Below are positions 9,705 through 19,409 of a stretch of 64,000 bases of DNA, piece by piece. The stretch comes from Lentisphaeria bacterium UBA1732 (GTDB lineage Bacteria; Verrucomicrobiota; Lentisphaeria; Victivallales; UBA1829): contig DCIG01000049.1 in the NCBI GenBank assembly GCA_002315855.1, positions 63,576-127,575 on the forward strand. Direction: 5' to 3'. Both the position numbers and the translations under genes were made by a program. The notes beneath the pieces were generated by a model. It was not told the origin of the DNA. It was given only the letters and a program-made list of their open reading frames with translations, and ran no database searches. The stretch's first letter is position 1. Each line of letters opens with the position of its first letter.

Positions 9705-10747
9705 AACACCTCCTCGCCTCCTGCTGTGCCGTTGTTCTTGCGGCTTTCTCGCTCATCCTTTGTTCGTGCGGCAAAGAAAAAGAAACTTTGCACATTTACA
9801 ACTGGGGCAATTATATGTCCGATGATGTCATTGCGAAGTTTGAAAAAGAAAACGACTGCAAAATCGTTCTTGACCTCTTCGACTCCAATGAAAGCATGTA
9901 TGCCAAACTGAAAGCCGGCGCAGGCGGTTATGACCTCGTTGTGCCGTCTTCCTATACCGCATTTATGATGAATGAACAGAATATGCTCGAACATTTGGAT
10001 CATTCCAAAATTCCCAATGTCGATCAGTATTTCGACAAAAAATACAGCTCCCTTTCTTCCGATAAGGAAATGGCATATACCGTTCCTTACTTCGTCAGCT
10101 TCACCGGCATCGGCTACAACGCCGCAAAAGTTCAGGATTTCAAACCCACATGGAAGATGTTTGAACGCTCCGATCTCAAAGGCCGCACCACGCTTTTGAA
10201 TGATCCTCGCGAAGTCATTGGCTGCGCGCTTCGTGCAATCGGTATTGAGGATGTCAATTCCACCGATCAGGCTCAGATTGATAAAGCGGTAGCACAGGCA
10301 AAAATCTGGAAAACACAAATCGCAAAATTCGGTGTCGATGACGCAGTGGCAGCTCTTGCTTCCGGTGAATTCTATCTCGTCCAGAACTACAGCGGCGATG
10401 TTCTTCAGGCAGCCATGGAAAACCCTGATGTCCGTTTTGTCATCCCCGAAGAAGGTTCCACGGTTACGTTTGACAATTTTGCCATCATGAAAGACAGTGC
10501 GCACAAGGATTTGGCATACAAATTCATCAACTTCATTTATCGTCCCGAAATTTGCGCGGAAAATATGAACGTTATCCAGTATGTTACTCCTCATAAAACC
10601 GCCGTTGATCTCGTTGATGATGAACTGAAGAACAATCCGGCATTTACCATTCCCGAAGCCGATTTTGCCCGTTGCGTTCCGCTCCGCGATATGGGCGAAA
10701 AAAATACTGTTTTCAACAAGGCATGGGATCGTATCCGCGAGGAATAA
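9701..10747 (+). CDS. potD: Spermidine/putrescine-binding periplasmic lipoprotein.
   Basis: Signal peptide with Cys (LILCSCG), PotD/PotF-like body (LHIYNWGNYMSDDVIAKFEKE...), and an ATGA overlap with potC. Confidence 0.85.
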   Translation: MKHLLASCCAVVLAAFSLILCSCGKEKETLHIYNWGNYMSDDVIAKFEKENDCKIVLDLFDSNESMYAKLKAGAGGYDLVVPSSYTAFMMNEQNMLEHLDHSKIPNVDQYFDKKYSSLSSDKEMAYTVPYFVSFTGIGYNAAKVQDFKPTWKMFERSDLKGRTTLLNDPREVIGCALRAIGIEDVNSTDQAQIDKAVAQAKIWKTQIAKFGVDDAVAALASGEFYLVQNYSGDVLQAAMENPDVRFVIPEEGSTVTFDNFAIMKDSAHKDLAYKFINFIYRPEICAENMNVIQYVTPHKTAVDLVDDELKNNPAFTIPEADFARCVPLRDMGEKNTVFNKAWDRIREE

Positions 10748-10867
10748 CCCCGTATTCCCCGCCTTGAAAACCTTGTCCTTTTTTTTATTCAAGGCTTTTC
10801 AAGAAATCTCATCTCATTATAATATCTCTGCCAATCAGAGAAAGCTGTAACCTGAAAAGGAAATACC

Positions 10868-12229
10868 ATGTTTCTGAACGATCGCTATTTGATTTCCAAT
10901 GAAACCGGCAAGCGCATTTTTGATTCCGTCAAAAATCTGCCGATTATTGACCCTCACAATCATGCAGATGTCGCATCCATTGCCCGCAATCAGAACTTCA
11001 CAAATGCCTGGGAGCTGTTCGCCGCCACAGATCATTATGTCTGGGAAATGCTTCGCAAAACAGGCGTGGACGAAGAGCTGATTACCGGCAGTGCTTCACC
11101 TCATGACAAGTTTATTGCGATGGCAAATGTCTTTGATGACATTGCCGGAAACCCTGTCTACGAATGGATTCACCTCGATTTGCGCTTCCTCGGCATTCAG
11201 GAACGCCTCTGTGCGGAAACCGGCGAAATCATTTGGAAGAAAGTCAATGCCGCGCTTGCCTGGGAAGAAAACAAGCCGATTGAACTGCTTCGCCGCATGA
11301 ATATTTCCGTGATGTGCTCCACCGATGATCCCGCCGACCTGCTCACTGCGCACGAATCCGTAAATAAACAGTTCGGACGTGTCATCGTCCGCCCCACCTG
11401 GCGTCCCGATAAGGCAATGAAAATCATCGCTTCCGATTTCCCGCAGTACGTGCAGAAACTTGCCGCACGTTTCAGTATGACCATTTCCACGCTGGATGAA
11501 TATCTCGATGCCCTGAAGCTCTCTCACGACTATTTCCAGGCAAATGGATGCAAAGCCAGTGATCACGGGTTCACCCTCATGCCATCCGGTGTCGGCGATA
11601 AAGCGAAAGCCGCGGAAACATTTGCTCACGTCCTTGCCGGACAGCCTGCCGATGAAGCGGAAGCCGCCAATTTCGCAGATTATCTTCTTGGCGAAGTCTG
11701 TGAAATGAATGCCGTTACAGGCTGGGTTACACAGCTTCATCTCGGACCGGTCCGCGATGTCCGTTCTTCTCTGTTCCGTGCTATCGGACCTGATGCGGGC
11801 GGTGATGTCAGCGACATCTTCCTTCAGCAGGAACCGAACCTCATCAAATTCCTGAATCGTTTCGACAATCGTCTGAAAGTCATACTGTACTGCCTTGACC
11901 CCATGCACCAGCCCACGCTTGCCGCCATGAGCCGCGCATTTGGACGTATGGTTCGCCTTGGTTCTGCATGGTGGCTTTGCGACACCCCCATCGGCATGAA
12001 ACGCCAGCTCGAATACATTTGCAGTGTCGACCTTTTCAGCGCATTTGCAGGGATGGTTTCCGACTCCCGCAAACTGCTCAGTTACGCATCCCGTTTTGAA
12101 ATGTTCCGCCGTGTTCTTTCCTCCGTTCTCGGCACCATGGTCGAAGCAGGACAAATACCCGAACCCATCGCGATGAAACTTGCGAAAAAAATGTGTTTTG
12201 ACGGCCCTGCGGAATTCTTTGACATGTAA
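10868..12229 (+). CDS. uxaC: Glucuronate (uronate) isomerase.
   Basis: The N-terminus FLNDRYLISNETGKRIFDSVKNLPIIDPHNH and the overall length of 453 aa are typical of UxaC. Confidence 0.9.
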   Translation: MFLNDRYLISNETGKRIFDSVKNLPIIDPHNHADVASIARNQNFTNAWELFAATDHYVWEMLRKTGVDEELITGSASPHDKFIAMANVFDDIAGNPVYEWIHLDLRFLGIQERLCAETGEIIWKKVNAALAWEENKPIELLRRMNISVMCSTDDPADLLTAHESVNKQFGRVIVRPTWRPDKAMKIIASDFPQYVQKLAARFSMTISTLDEYLDALKLSHDYFQANGCKASDHGFTLMPSGVGDKAKAAETFAHVLAGQPADEAEAANFADYLLGEVCEMNAVTGWVTQLHLGPVRDVRSSLFRAIGPDAGGDVSDIFLQQEPNLIKFLNRFDNRLKVILYCLDPMHQPTLAAMSRAFGRMVRLGSAWWLCDTPIGMKRQLEYICSVDLFSAFAGMVSDSRKLLSYASRFEMFRRVLSSVLGTMVEAGQIPEPIAMKLAKKMCFDGPAEFFDM

Positions 12230-12258
12230 GCCTCCGACAGACCGAATCACAAAGACAA

Positions 12259-12306
12259 GAGCTGATTTCAAGGTTCCTGACCTTTTGAAATCAGCTCAGT
12301 TTTTTT
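12259..12306 (+). terminator. Rho-independent terminator after uxaC, built from a copy of the GAGCTGATTTCAA palindromic repeat.
   Basis: The 13-bp perfect arms gagctgatttcaa / ttgaaatcagctc (12259-12271 and 12285-12297) are followed by ag + a run of 7 T. Confidence 0.75.
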
Positions 12307-12409
12307 GAAATCAGCTTCCTTTCCTCAGACAATCCGTTCATTCGGGTCGTTTTTCTTCTCCATATTTCATAATAAAATGAAAATATTTGCAATATTCTTT
12401 CAATTTCAT

Positions 12410-12438
12410 TTGAAAATAATTTCAAACCATGGTATAGT
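12410..12438 (+). promoter_or_regulatory. Sigma70-type promoter for the HTH gene.
   Basis: TTGAAA (12410-12415), a 17-bp spacer, then TATAGT (12433-12438), about 58 bp upstream of the ATG at 12496. Confidence 0.55.
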
Positions 12439-12495
12439 ATAATAGAAAATCTCTCCTCTTTTTCATCCTCCCTTTTTCTATGAAAGGATTTTCCC

Positions 12496-13161
12496 ATGAG
12501 AATTGATGATTCGATGTTGAATGCCATTCAGTCTGCCGTCCACAAATACGGCAGTGTCCTCAGCTTCGCAAATGCAGTCGGGGTCTCCCACACCACAGTC
12601 AATTTCTGGCTCAAAGGCCGCACCGCGCGAATCAATGCACAGAACTGGAATGCGCTTCTTCCCGTTTTGGAAGAATTTCTGCCGCCACAGCCTCAAGCGC
12701 ATTCGATGCGTGAATCCTCCGCGATGTCCGCTTATGCAATCAATACCCCCAATAAAATACCGGAAGTTTTCCTTCTGCAATTCCCCGAACTTGAGTTCCT
12801 GACATCATCAAAACAAGTCCCGGATTTCACACATTGCACCAATACCGCCTCTTTCACTGCTTCAGCCGGTAAACATGCCTTTGCAGTTGAAATCGACCAA
12901 GCTCACACCGGATATTTTCACCCGGGGACTTTGCTTCTTCTCGACTGGGGGACTTCCCCTGAAAACGGAGATTTCGTACTTGCCTGCCGCAAACGCAAAA
13001 TACGCAAATATCTTTTTGCCCGCTACTACTGCACAGAGAAAACCATGCTCCTGAAATCTCCCGACTCCGCTCAGTCCGAAACTTCGGAACATTCGCTCAG
13101 TCGTATCTCTTCCGAGTTTGCATGGATTGTCCCTGTTCGGGAAGCCGTCATGCCTCTCTGA
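12496..13161 (+). CDS. HTH (XRE/CI-like) protein with a C-terminal region reminiscent of the S24/LexA beta-barrel but without an obvious Ser-Lys dyad.
   Basis: The N-terminus reads GSVLSFANAVGVSHTTVNFWLKGR, which looks like a helix-turn-helix. The C-terminus reads FAVEIDQAHTGYFHPGTLLLLDWGTSPENGDFVLAC. The gene is monocistronic, with its own promoter and flanking terminators. Confidence 0.45.
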   Translation: MRIDDSMLNAIQSAVHKYGSVLSFANAVGVSHTTVNFWLKGRTARINAQNWNALLPVLEEFLPPQPQAHSMRESSAMSAYAINTPNKIPEVFLLQFPELEFLTSSKQVPDFTHCTNTASFTASAGKHAFAVEIDQAHTGYFHPGTLLLLDWGTSPENGDFVLACRKRKIRKYLFARYYCTEKTMLLKSPDSAQSETSEHSLSRISSEFAWIVPVREAVMPL

Positions 13162-13184
13162 ACTCATCTTTTCATACAGCATAA

Positions 13185-13221
13185 AGCCGATTCTGCTCAA
13201 AAATGCAGAATCGGCTTTTTT
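13185..13221 (+). terminator. Rho-independent terminator after the HTH gene.
   Basis: Stem agccgattctgc / gcagaatcggct with loop tcaaaaat, then TTTTTT (13216-13221). Confidence 0.7.
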
Positions 13222-13300
13222 CGTTCACAGAACCGTTTGGATTTGACGCATCTGCCAAAGATGATTCAGCCATTTTGACTGCTGCCGGAAATCTCGCGTC

Positions 13301-13783
13301 TTACTTGTTCTTGGCGATGGCACGGCGCATATCCATGTCATCCTGTCGAGCACGGAGCGTCTCCCGCTTATCCCCGAATGTTTTTCCGCGGGCAACTCCG
13401 ATTTCCACCTTGACGTATCCGCGCACCAGATACATTTTCAATGGAATCAGCGCATATCCGCGTTCTTTCACACGTTGAGACAGCTTGAGTATTTCCTTTT
13501 TGTGCATGAGAAGTTTTCTTGCGCGTTTCGTCTCATGATTAAAGCGGTTTCCGAATGCATACAGAGAAATATGAATCCCGTATGCCAGCAGTTCCCCGTT
13601 TTCAATCTTGGCGAAACAATCCTGCAGCTGCACCGAATGAGAACGGCAGCTTTTCACCTCTGTTCCCGCCAGTGCTATCCCCGCCTCATACGTCTCGATA
13701 ATCTCATAATCATGAAACGCTTTTCGGTTCCGTGCAATGACATTGTCATCAGCTTTGTTGTTTTTGTTGTCTTTCGCCGGCAT
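13301..13783 (-). CDS. smpB: SsrA-binding protein SmpB.
   Basis: NRKAFHDYEIIETYEAGIALAGTEVKS... is the classic SmpB motif. I prefer the ATG at 13783 (MPAKDNK..., with aagga upstream) over the TTG at 13840. Confidence 0.85.
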   Translation of the reverse strand: MPAKDNKNNKADDNVIARNRKAFHDYEIIETYEAGIALAGTEVKSCRSHSVQLQDCFAKIENGELLAYGIHISLYAFGNRFNHETKRARKLLMHKKEILKLSQRVKERGYALIPLKMYLVRGYVKVEIGVARGKTFGDKRETLRARQDDMDMRRAIAKNK

Positions 13784-13861
13784 TTCGGGAAATCCTTGTT
13801 TTTGAATTGAGGAAACTGTCGTCTTCGATTGATTGCTCAAAACGGAATCAACAGTCCCCGG

Positions 13862-15064
13862 TTATTTCATGAAGTTTGCGGCTTTTCTGCGGAAATCACT
13901 GATTCCCGGATAATTGCTGTCAGTCAGATGAAGTTCGTTCAGTGCCTCTTTCTGTGCCGAAGTCAGATTGGATGGGGTTTCCACCTGAATATGAACCAGC
14001 TGATCGCCGCGTTCTCCCCCTTTCAGGGAAGGCAGTCCTTTTCCTCGCAGACGCAGCACAGCACCGTTTTGAGTTCCGGCCGCAATCTTCACTCGTGTCT
14101 TGCCTGTAATGGTCGGCACATCGGCGATACTGCCGTTGATTGCGCAGTCCAGCGTGATCGGCAGATTACAGATAATATTCTGACCTTCTCGGCTGAATAC
14201 GGCGTGAGGCCGCACTTGCGTGATGACATACAAATCCCCGTTGCTTCCTCCGTTCGGAGCCGCGTTTCCCTTGCCGGATACTCTCAGTTTCGATCCGCTG
14301 TCCACTCCCGGCGGAATATGTATCTGGACTTCCGTTTCCACATTCCGGACACCTTCGCCGCCGCATTCCATGCACGGACGTGTAATCACGGTTCCCGTGC
14401 CGTGGCATGTACCGCAAGGCATTTGCTGCTGGAAGAACGATTGTCCCGACACAATATAACCTGACCCGCCGCAAGCAGGACATGTTTTTCGGGATGACCC
14501 AGAAGCCGCGCCGCTTCCGCCGCAAGCCGAACACTGTTCCTGCTTGTTGTAACGTATCTTCTTGTCTGCACCGAAAATCACATCTTCCAAATCAATTTCG
14601 ATTTGCAGGGTCAGATCTTCGCCTTTCATGGGCTGATTTTGGGCTGTTTTTCTGCGTCCGCGTCCTCCTCGCCCCAGGAAATCTTCGAATGAAAAGGCAC
14701 CTCCTCCCATTCCCCCTGCGGCTCCGAATACCTGACTGAAGATGTCCCGCGGATCAGAGAAGCCGCTGAAATTCCCGGAGAATCCCCCTGTTCCGCCGCC
14801 GAAACCGCCGCCCGTCGGACCATAACCCTGACCTCCGGTCTTCTCGAACAGTTCAGGACCAAACTGGTCGTACTGTTTGCGCTTGTTTGCATCGCTCAGC
14901 ACTTCATACGCCCGTGAAACCTCCTTGAACTTTTCCTCCGCGCTTTTGTCGCCCGGATTCTTGTCGGGATGGTATTTCACAGCCAGTTTGCGGTATGCCT
15001 TCTTGATTTCATCAGCGGTAGCTGTCTTGCTCACACCAAGTGTCTGATAATAATCTTTGGCCAT
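13862..15064 (-). CDS. dnaJ: Molecular chaperone DnaJ.
   Basis: J domain ([33 protein letters not shown]), G/F-rich region, and four CxxCxGxG zinc-finger repeats. Confidence 0.95.
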   Translation of the reverse strand: MAKDYYQTLGVSKTATADEIKKAYRKLAVKYHPDKNPGDKSAEEKFKEVSRAYEVLSDANKRKQYDQFGPELFEKTGGQGYGPTGGGFGGGTGGFSGNFSGFSDPRDIFSQVFGAAGGMGGGAFSFEDFLGRGGRGRRKTAQNQPMKGEDLTLQIEIDLEDVIFGADKKIRYNKQEQCSACGGSGAASGSSRKTCPACGGSGYIVSGQSFFQQQMPCGTCHGTGTVITRPCMECGGEGVRNVETEVQIHIPPGVDSGSKLRVSGKGNAAPNGGSNGDLYVITQVRPHAVFSREGQNIICNLPITLDCAINGSIADVPTITGKTRVKIAAGTQNGAVLRLRGKGLPSLKGGERGDQLVHIQVETPSNLTSAQKEALNELHLTDSNYPGISDFRRKAANFMK

Positions 15065-15108
15065 AAATCTTCTCTTGTTTGTAACTTTTCAAGTGTTTGA
15101 ATCGTTGA

Positions 15109-15798
15109 TTATGCCTGCGGGGCTTCTTCCGTTTCCGCTTTTGCCGCAGGACCGGAGCTGACCACCACCATTGCAGGTTTCAGCAGTCTTGACCCGCACT
15201 GATAGCCTCTGCTCCACTGGCGAATCACAATCCCCTGCGGTACGGTATCGGACGCTTCCTCCGCCACGGCCTCATGGATCGCCGGATCAAAGGGTTTGCC
15301 CACTGCATCCAGCACCGCGATATCCAAATCATTGAATGCCTTGGTGAACTCCTGTTCAATCATTTGCAGACCTTTCACAATGGTATCGATGGCAGAAGCC
15401 TTTCCTGCTGCCGCCACAGCCATTGTGAAATGATCATAGACCTGCAGGAACGGAAATGCCGTATCCTGCAAAGTATTGCAGCGGGTGGTATCCAGTTCAC
15501 GGGCCACGCGTTTGCGCTGATTATCCAGTTCGGCGAGTGCCAGCAGTCTCAGCTTTTCCATTTCGCTGAGCTTTGCCGTCAAATCTTTGACCTGATTTTC
15601 CAGTTCCTCGATTTTCGCGCCTTCTTCGGTCAGTCCGAAATTTGCATCTGCGGTTGCGCTTGCATCCGCATGTTTTTCCTCATCGAATGCAGCTTCGCCC
15701 TGCGGGTCAATATCTGACATCGGATTTTTTGCTTCTGCCGCAGCTTCCTGTTCGATCTTTTCAGCGTGATCGATGCCCTGTTTTTTCTTCTTCAGCAT
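15109..15798 (-). CDS. grpE: Nucleotide exchange factor GrpE.
   Basis: Coiled-coil N-terminus and a GrpE C-terminal domain (...FDPAIHEAVAEEASDTVPQGIVIRQWSRGYQCGSRLLKPAMVVV). Confidence 0.9.
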   Translation of the reverse strand: MLKKKKQGIDHAEKIEQEAAAEAKNPMSDIDPQGEAAFDEEKHADASATADANFGLTEEGAKIEELENQVKDLTAKLSEMEKLRLLALAELDNQRKRVARELDTTRCNTLQDTAFPFLQVYDHFTMAVAAAGKASAIDTIVKGLQMIEQEFTKAFNDLDIAVLDAVGKPFDPAIHEAVAEEASDTVPQGIVIRQWSRGYQCGSRLLKPAMVVVSSGPAAKAETEEAPQA

Positions 15799-16023
15799 AT
15801 CTGTAAACTCCTTGTGTTTCCTCTGAGATGGTTTTGCTTCGGATTTGCCTCTGTCCCCAGGAACATCCTGCTTATCCGTTCCTGTTGAGAGAGCTTTCCC
15901 CGTGATTGACTTGCCCCGCTTCCGTTTCAGGTGCGCGGAGAAATGACTTCATTCCTCTGAATGGAGGGCTTTCGGGAATACCGCCCATAAGTTCTTGCCT
16001 TATGAGCGGGTCTCTTCTATATT

Positions 16024-16051
16024 AATATAACGCTTTTGCCCGATTTTTCAA
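16024..16051 (-). promoter_or_regulatory. Candidate sigma70-type promoter for grpE-dnaJ, immediately after the clpB stop.
   Basis: On the minus strand: TTGAAA (16051-16046), a 16-bp spacer, then TATATT (16029-24). This implies a 5' leader of about 215 nt. Confidence 0.3.
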
Positions 16052-16056
16052 CCGTA

Positions 16057-18681
16057 TTATGGCAGATTGCGCATATCAGACGATGATTCATTCCCGATGG
16101 TCGAGAAGTCGAGTTCTCCGTCTTTCACGTCCACGGTCAGCGTAACCCCCTCATGAAGTTCCCCGCTGATCAGCATTCTGGAAAGTGGTGTCTCCAAATC
16201 CGTTACAATCACGCGTTTCAGCGGTCTTGCACCGTAGCGCGGATCGTAACCTTTCTTCGCCAGCAGTTTTTTGGCTTCACTGCTCAGATTCATTGCCACA
16301 CCTTGCTGATTCAGTCTCTGACGAAGCAGATTCAGCTGAATATCCAGAATATCCACGATTTGCTCCATATCCAGCGGCTTGAACAGCAGAATTCCATCCA
16401 CGCGGTTCAGAAATTCAGGACGGAAGTTCGCATGAAGCAGTTTCATGATTTCAGGACGGGTCTTCTCCACATCCCCGTTGCTGTCCAGCAGCAGATCACT
16501 GCCCAGATTTGAGGTCATGATGATAATCGTGTTCTTGAAGCTCACTACACGTCCGTGAGAATCCGTCAGACGTCCGTCTTCCAGAATCTGCAAAAACAGA
16601 TTGAATACATCCGGATGCGCTTTTTCGATTTCATCGAACAGCACGACCGAATACGGTCTGCGGCGCACCGCTTCCGTCAATTGTCCGCCTTCATCGTAGC
16701 CCACATAACCCGGTGCGGCCCCAATCAGTCGCGATACGCTGTATTTTTCCATGTATTCGGACATATCAATCCGAATCACGGCCCGTTCATCATCGAACAA
16801 ATCATCTGCCAGTGCTCGTGCCAGCTCGGTTTTGCCGACTCCGGTAGGTCCCAGGAACATAAACGATGCAATCGGACGTTTCGGGTCTTTCAGCCCGGCA
16901 CGGGAACGCAGAACTGCGTCAGACACTGCATCCACGGCTTCATTCTGACCGACCACGCGGCGATGAAGTTCATCCGCCAGATGAAGCAGTTTTTCGCGTT
17001 CGCTCCGAACCAGTTTCGATACGGGGATTCCGGTCCAGCGGCTCACAATATCCGCCACGTCTTCTTCCGTAACTTCCTCCTTCAGGATTCGGGCTGACGC
17101 ACTGTCTCCGGCAAGTGCCTTTTCTGCTGCCTCAATCTGCTTTTGGATTCCGGGAATCGTGCTGAACCGCAGCTCTCCGGCTCGTTCCAGATCGCCATCG
17201 CGTTCTGCCCGTTCCATTGCCATTTTCGCGGTATCCAGACTTTCTCTCAGCTTCTGCAAATTCCCGATTGCCTCTTTTTCCGCATTCCACGAAGCTCTCA
17301 GAGATTTCGCTTTCTCCTTGATTTCCGCAAGTTCCGACTCCAGTTCTTCGCGTCTTGCCGCGCTGGCATCATCTTTTTCCTTGCGAAGTGCGGAAAGCTC
17401 GATTTCCATTCGCATACTTTTCCGTTCCGCCTCATCGATTTCCTGCGGGCAGGAATCAATTTCGGTACGCAGTTTCGCCGCCGCCTCATCAATCAGGTCA
17501 ATTGCCTTGTCCGGCAGGAAACGGTCTGCGATGTACTGATCGGAAAGTGTCGCCGCGGCAACGAGTGCACCATCCCGGATTTTGACTCCGTGATGCAGTT
17601 CATAACGGTCCTTCAGTCCGCGCAGAATCGAAATGGTGTCTTCCACATTCGGCTCAGGCACCAGTACCGACTGGAAACGGCGTTCCAGTGCAGGGTCTTT
17701 TTCGATGTACTTCCGGTATTCATTCAGCGTTGTTGCTCCGATGCAGTGGAGTTCACCGCGTGCCAGCATGGGCTTCAGCAGATTTCCTGCATCCATGGCT
17801 CCTTCGCTGCCTGCTCCTGCGCCGACCACGGTATGGAGTTCATCGATGAACAGGATAATATCGCCTTTGGACCCGGACACCTCCTTCAGCACGGCTTTCA
17901 GGCGTTCCTCAAATTCGCCGCGGTATTTTGCACCTGCAATCAATGCACCCATATCAAGCGCAATCAGCCGTTTGTTCCGCAGAGATTCCGGCACATCGCC
18001 TTTCACGATTCGCACCGCCAGACCTTCCACGATTGCCGTTTTTCCGACACCGGGTTCACCGATGAGAACAGGATTGTTTTTCGTGCGGCGGGCGAGAATC
18101 TGTACCGTGCGGCGGATTTCATCATCACGTCCGATCACCGGGTCCAGCTTGTCCTGCCGTGCCGCTTGCGTCAAATCCCGTCCGTATTTTTCCAGAGCCT
18201 CGAACGACGCTTCCGGATTCTCATTGGTTACACGCTGATTCCCGCGCACTTCGGTCAAAACTTTCAGCAGACTTTCCATATTCATACCGGCTTTTGCCAG
18301 ACATTCTGCGCTTGCTTTGTCATGCTCAATCAGTGCCATCAGCAAATGTTCTACGCTGATGTATTCGTCTTTCATGTTTTCCGCTTTTTCGCGGGCACTC
18401 ACCAGAATATTGCTGAAATCCCGTGATGGATACACATCGGAAACACCGCTTCCCGTTACCTGCGGAATCTTCTGCAATTCCGCATCAATGGCATTGCTGA
18501 GCATCGGCATCGGCGTATTCAGGCGTTTCATCAGCGATGGCAGTAATCCGCCCTCCTGCGTGCTTAACGCCTTCAGCAAATGAATCGGACGTATCTCCTG
18601 ATGACCATGTTCACGGGCAAGTATTCCGGCTCCGGCAAGTCCTTCGCGTGTCTTTTCTGTCATTTTCTGCATATCCGGCAT
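16057..18681 (-). CDS. clpB: ATP-dependent chaperone ClpB.
   Basis: Two AAA+ modules ([15 protein letters not shown]; [15 protein letters not shown]) with a middle coiled-coil domain. I prefer the ATG at 18681 ([11 protein letters not shown]), which has ggaaggag 8 nt upstream, over 18735. Confidence 0.95.
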   Translation of the reverse strand: MPDMQKMTEKTREGLAGAGILAREHGHQEIRPIHLLKALSTQEGGLLPSLMKRLNTPMPMLSNAIDAELQKIPQVTGSGVSDVYPSRDFSNILVSAREKAENMKDEYISVEHLLMALIEHDKASAECLAKAGMNMESLLKVLTEVRGNQRVTNENPEASFEALEKYGRDLTQAARQDKLDPVIGRDDEIRRTVQILARRTKNNPVLIGEPGVGKTAIVEGLAVRIVKGDVPESLRNKRLIALDMGALIAGAKYRGEFEERLKAVLKEVSGSKGDIILFIDELHTVVGAGAGSEGAMDAGNLLKPMLARGELHCIGATTLNEYRKYIEKDPALERRFQSVLVPEPNVEDTISILRGLKDRYELHHGVKIRDGALVAAATLSDQYIADRFLPDKAIDLIDEAAAKLRTEIDSCPQEIDEAERKSMRMEIELSALRKEKDDASAARREELESELAEIKEKAKSLRASWNAEKEAIGNLQKLRESLDTAKMAMERAERDGDLERAGELRFSTIPGIQKQIEAAEKALAGDSASARILKEEVTEEDVADIVSRWTGIPVSKLVRSEREKLLHLADELHRRVVGQNEAVDAVSDAVLRSRAGLKDPKRPIASFMFLGPTGVGKTELARALADDLFDDERAVIRIDMSEYMEKYSVSRLIGAAPGYVGYDEGGQLTEAVRRRPYSVVLFDEIEKAHPDVFNLFLQILEDGRLTDSHGRVVSFKNTIIIMTSNLGSDLLLDSNGDVEKTRPEIMKLLHANFRPEFLNRVDGILLFKPLDMEQIVDILDIQLNLLRQRLNQQGVAMNLSSEAKKLLAKKGYDPRYGARPLKRVIVTDLETPLSRMLISGELHEGVTLTVDVKDGELDFSTIGNESSSDMRNLP

Positions 18682-18918
18682 AGTAGTTTCTCCTTCCGGT
18701 CCCTCTCGGAACCTTCTTTTTGTTTGGCGTACCAACCTCGAAAAATCATAACAGCACAGTTTCAGATACTTTTTCTCTGCATTTGCCGGACAGTTTCTCT
18801 GCGGCTTTCTCTAACTCCGCCGCCGGACCTGCCTCACGCTCAAATGCCGGATTGTTTTCTTACTCTGCCTGCCGACTTCCGGGAATCGGCTCTTTGTTTT
18901 TGTTTTCACCTGAAATAG

Positions 18919-18935
18919 AGCATGTTTCATGCCAA
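18919..18935 (-). promoter_or_regulatory. Sigma54-type -24/-12 element upstream of clpB.
   Basis: Minus strand reads TTGGCATGaaacATGCT, with GG and GC in the canonical TGGCAC-N5-TTGC register. It lies about 240 nt upstream of the clpB ATG. Confidence 0.45.
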
Positions 18936-18993
18936 CTCCGTTTACGTTTTTTCCGATTTATTTTTCCATCTCCATTTCAAAAATGAGCCATTA

Positions 18994-19035
18994 TGTCTCA
19001 TTTTCAATTGTGCCTTTTTGTCTCATTTCCTCTCA
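18994..19035 (-). promoter_or_regulatory. Upstream motif cluster (candidate enhancer/UAS) for clpB.
   Basis: Minus strand reads TGAGAGgaaaTGAGACAaaaaGGCACAattgaaaaTGAGACA, about 60-115 bp upstream of the -24/-12 element. The same word set occurs upstream of dnaK. Confidence 0.4.
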
Positions 19036-19108
19036 TTTCCGTCTTCTTCCACGTTCCTCTTTTCCTTGCCACGCATACGGTGTCATCGTCATCGAAAAAC
19101 ATAAATAT

Positions 19109-19271
19109 GAGCTGATTTCATAAGTCATTGGCGGTAAGATCTGATAAGAATCTTCGCGCAGTTGGCGGACGTAGTTTGAGGTGGCTGCCGGAAACACAAC
19201 CGCCGAAAACGATCTCCCGGCAAATGCCGAAGAGTATTTCAAAGCTCCCGGCAGGACTTAGAAATTAGCTC
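19109..19271. repeat. MITE-like 163-bp element bounded by the termini of the palindromic repeat family.
   Basis: It starts with GAGCTGATTTCA and ends with GAAATTAGCTC, which are inverted termini. The left interior taagtcattggcgg matches the interiors of the copies at 46987 and 54847. It contains no ORF. Confidence 0.5.
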
Positions 19272-19288
19272 TTAATGGAACATTATTC

Positions 19289-19317
19289 TTGACTTTATTG
19301 AGAAAGAATGCTATAAT
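19289..19317 (+). promoter_or_regulatory. Near-consensus sigma70 promoter for the MscS-family gene.
   Basis: TTGACT (19289-19294), a 17-bp spacer, then TATAAT (19312-19317). Confidence 0.65.
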
Positions 19318-19409
19318 TATATCGGGTCATGCGGCATTGATACAGAATCAACTTTTTTCAATCCTGCAGATTTCTGAATGATTCCACGTATCAACCACAC
19401 GTTTTGCTT

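Noticed and set aside
10765-10815. Alternative pairings gccttga/tcaaggc and cttgaaaa/ttttcaag after potD, considered as a terminator.
   Set aside because: The stems are short with a 22-nt T-rich loop and ambiguous alternative folds. This is not strong enough to call.
19109-19271. Possible SRP (4.5S) RNA or other structured ncRNA inside the MITE-like element (ggctgccGGAAacacaaccgcc).
   Set aside because: The conserved SRP domain IV pattern (GNAR loop flanked by AGG...GGAAGCAGC-type symmetric loops) is not present. The termini match the repeat family instead.
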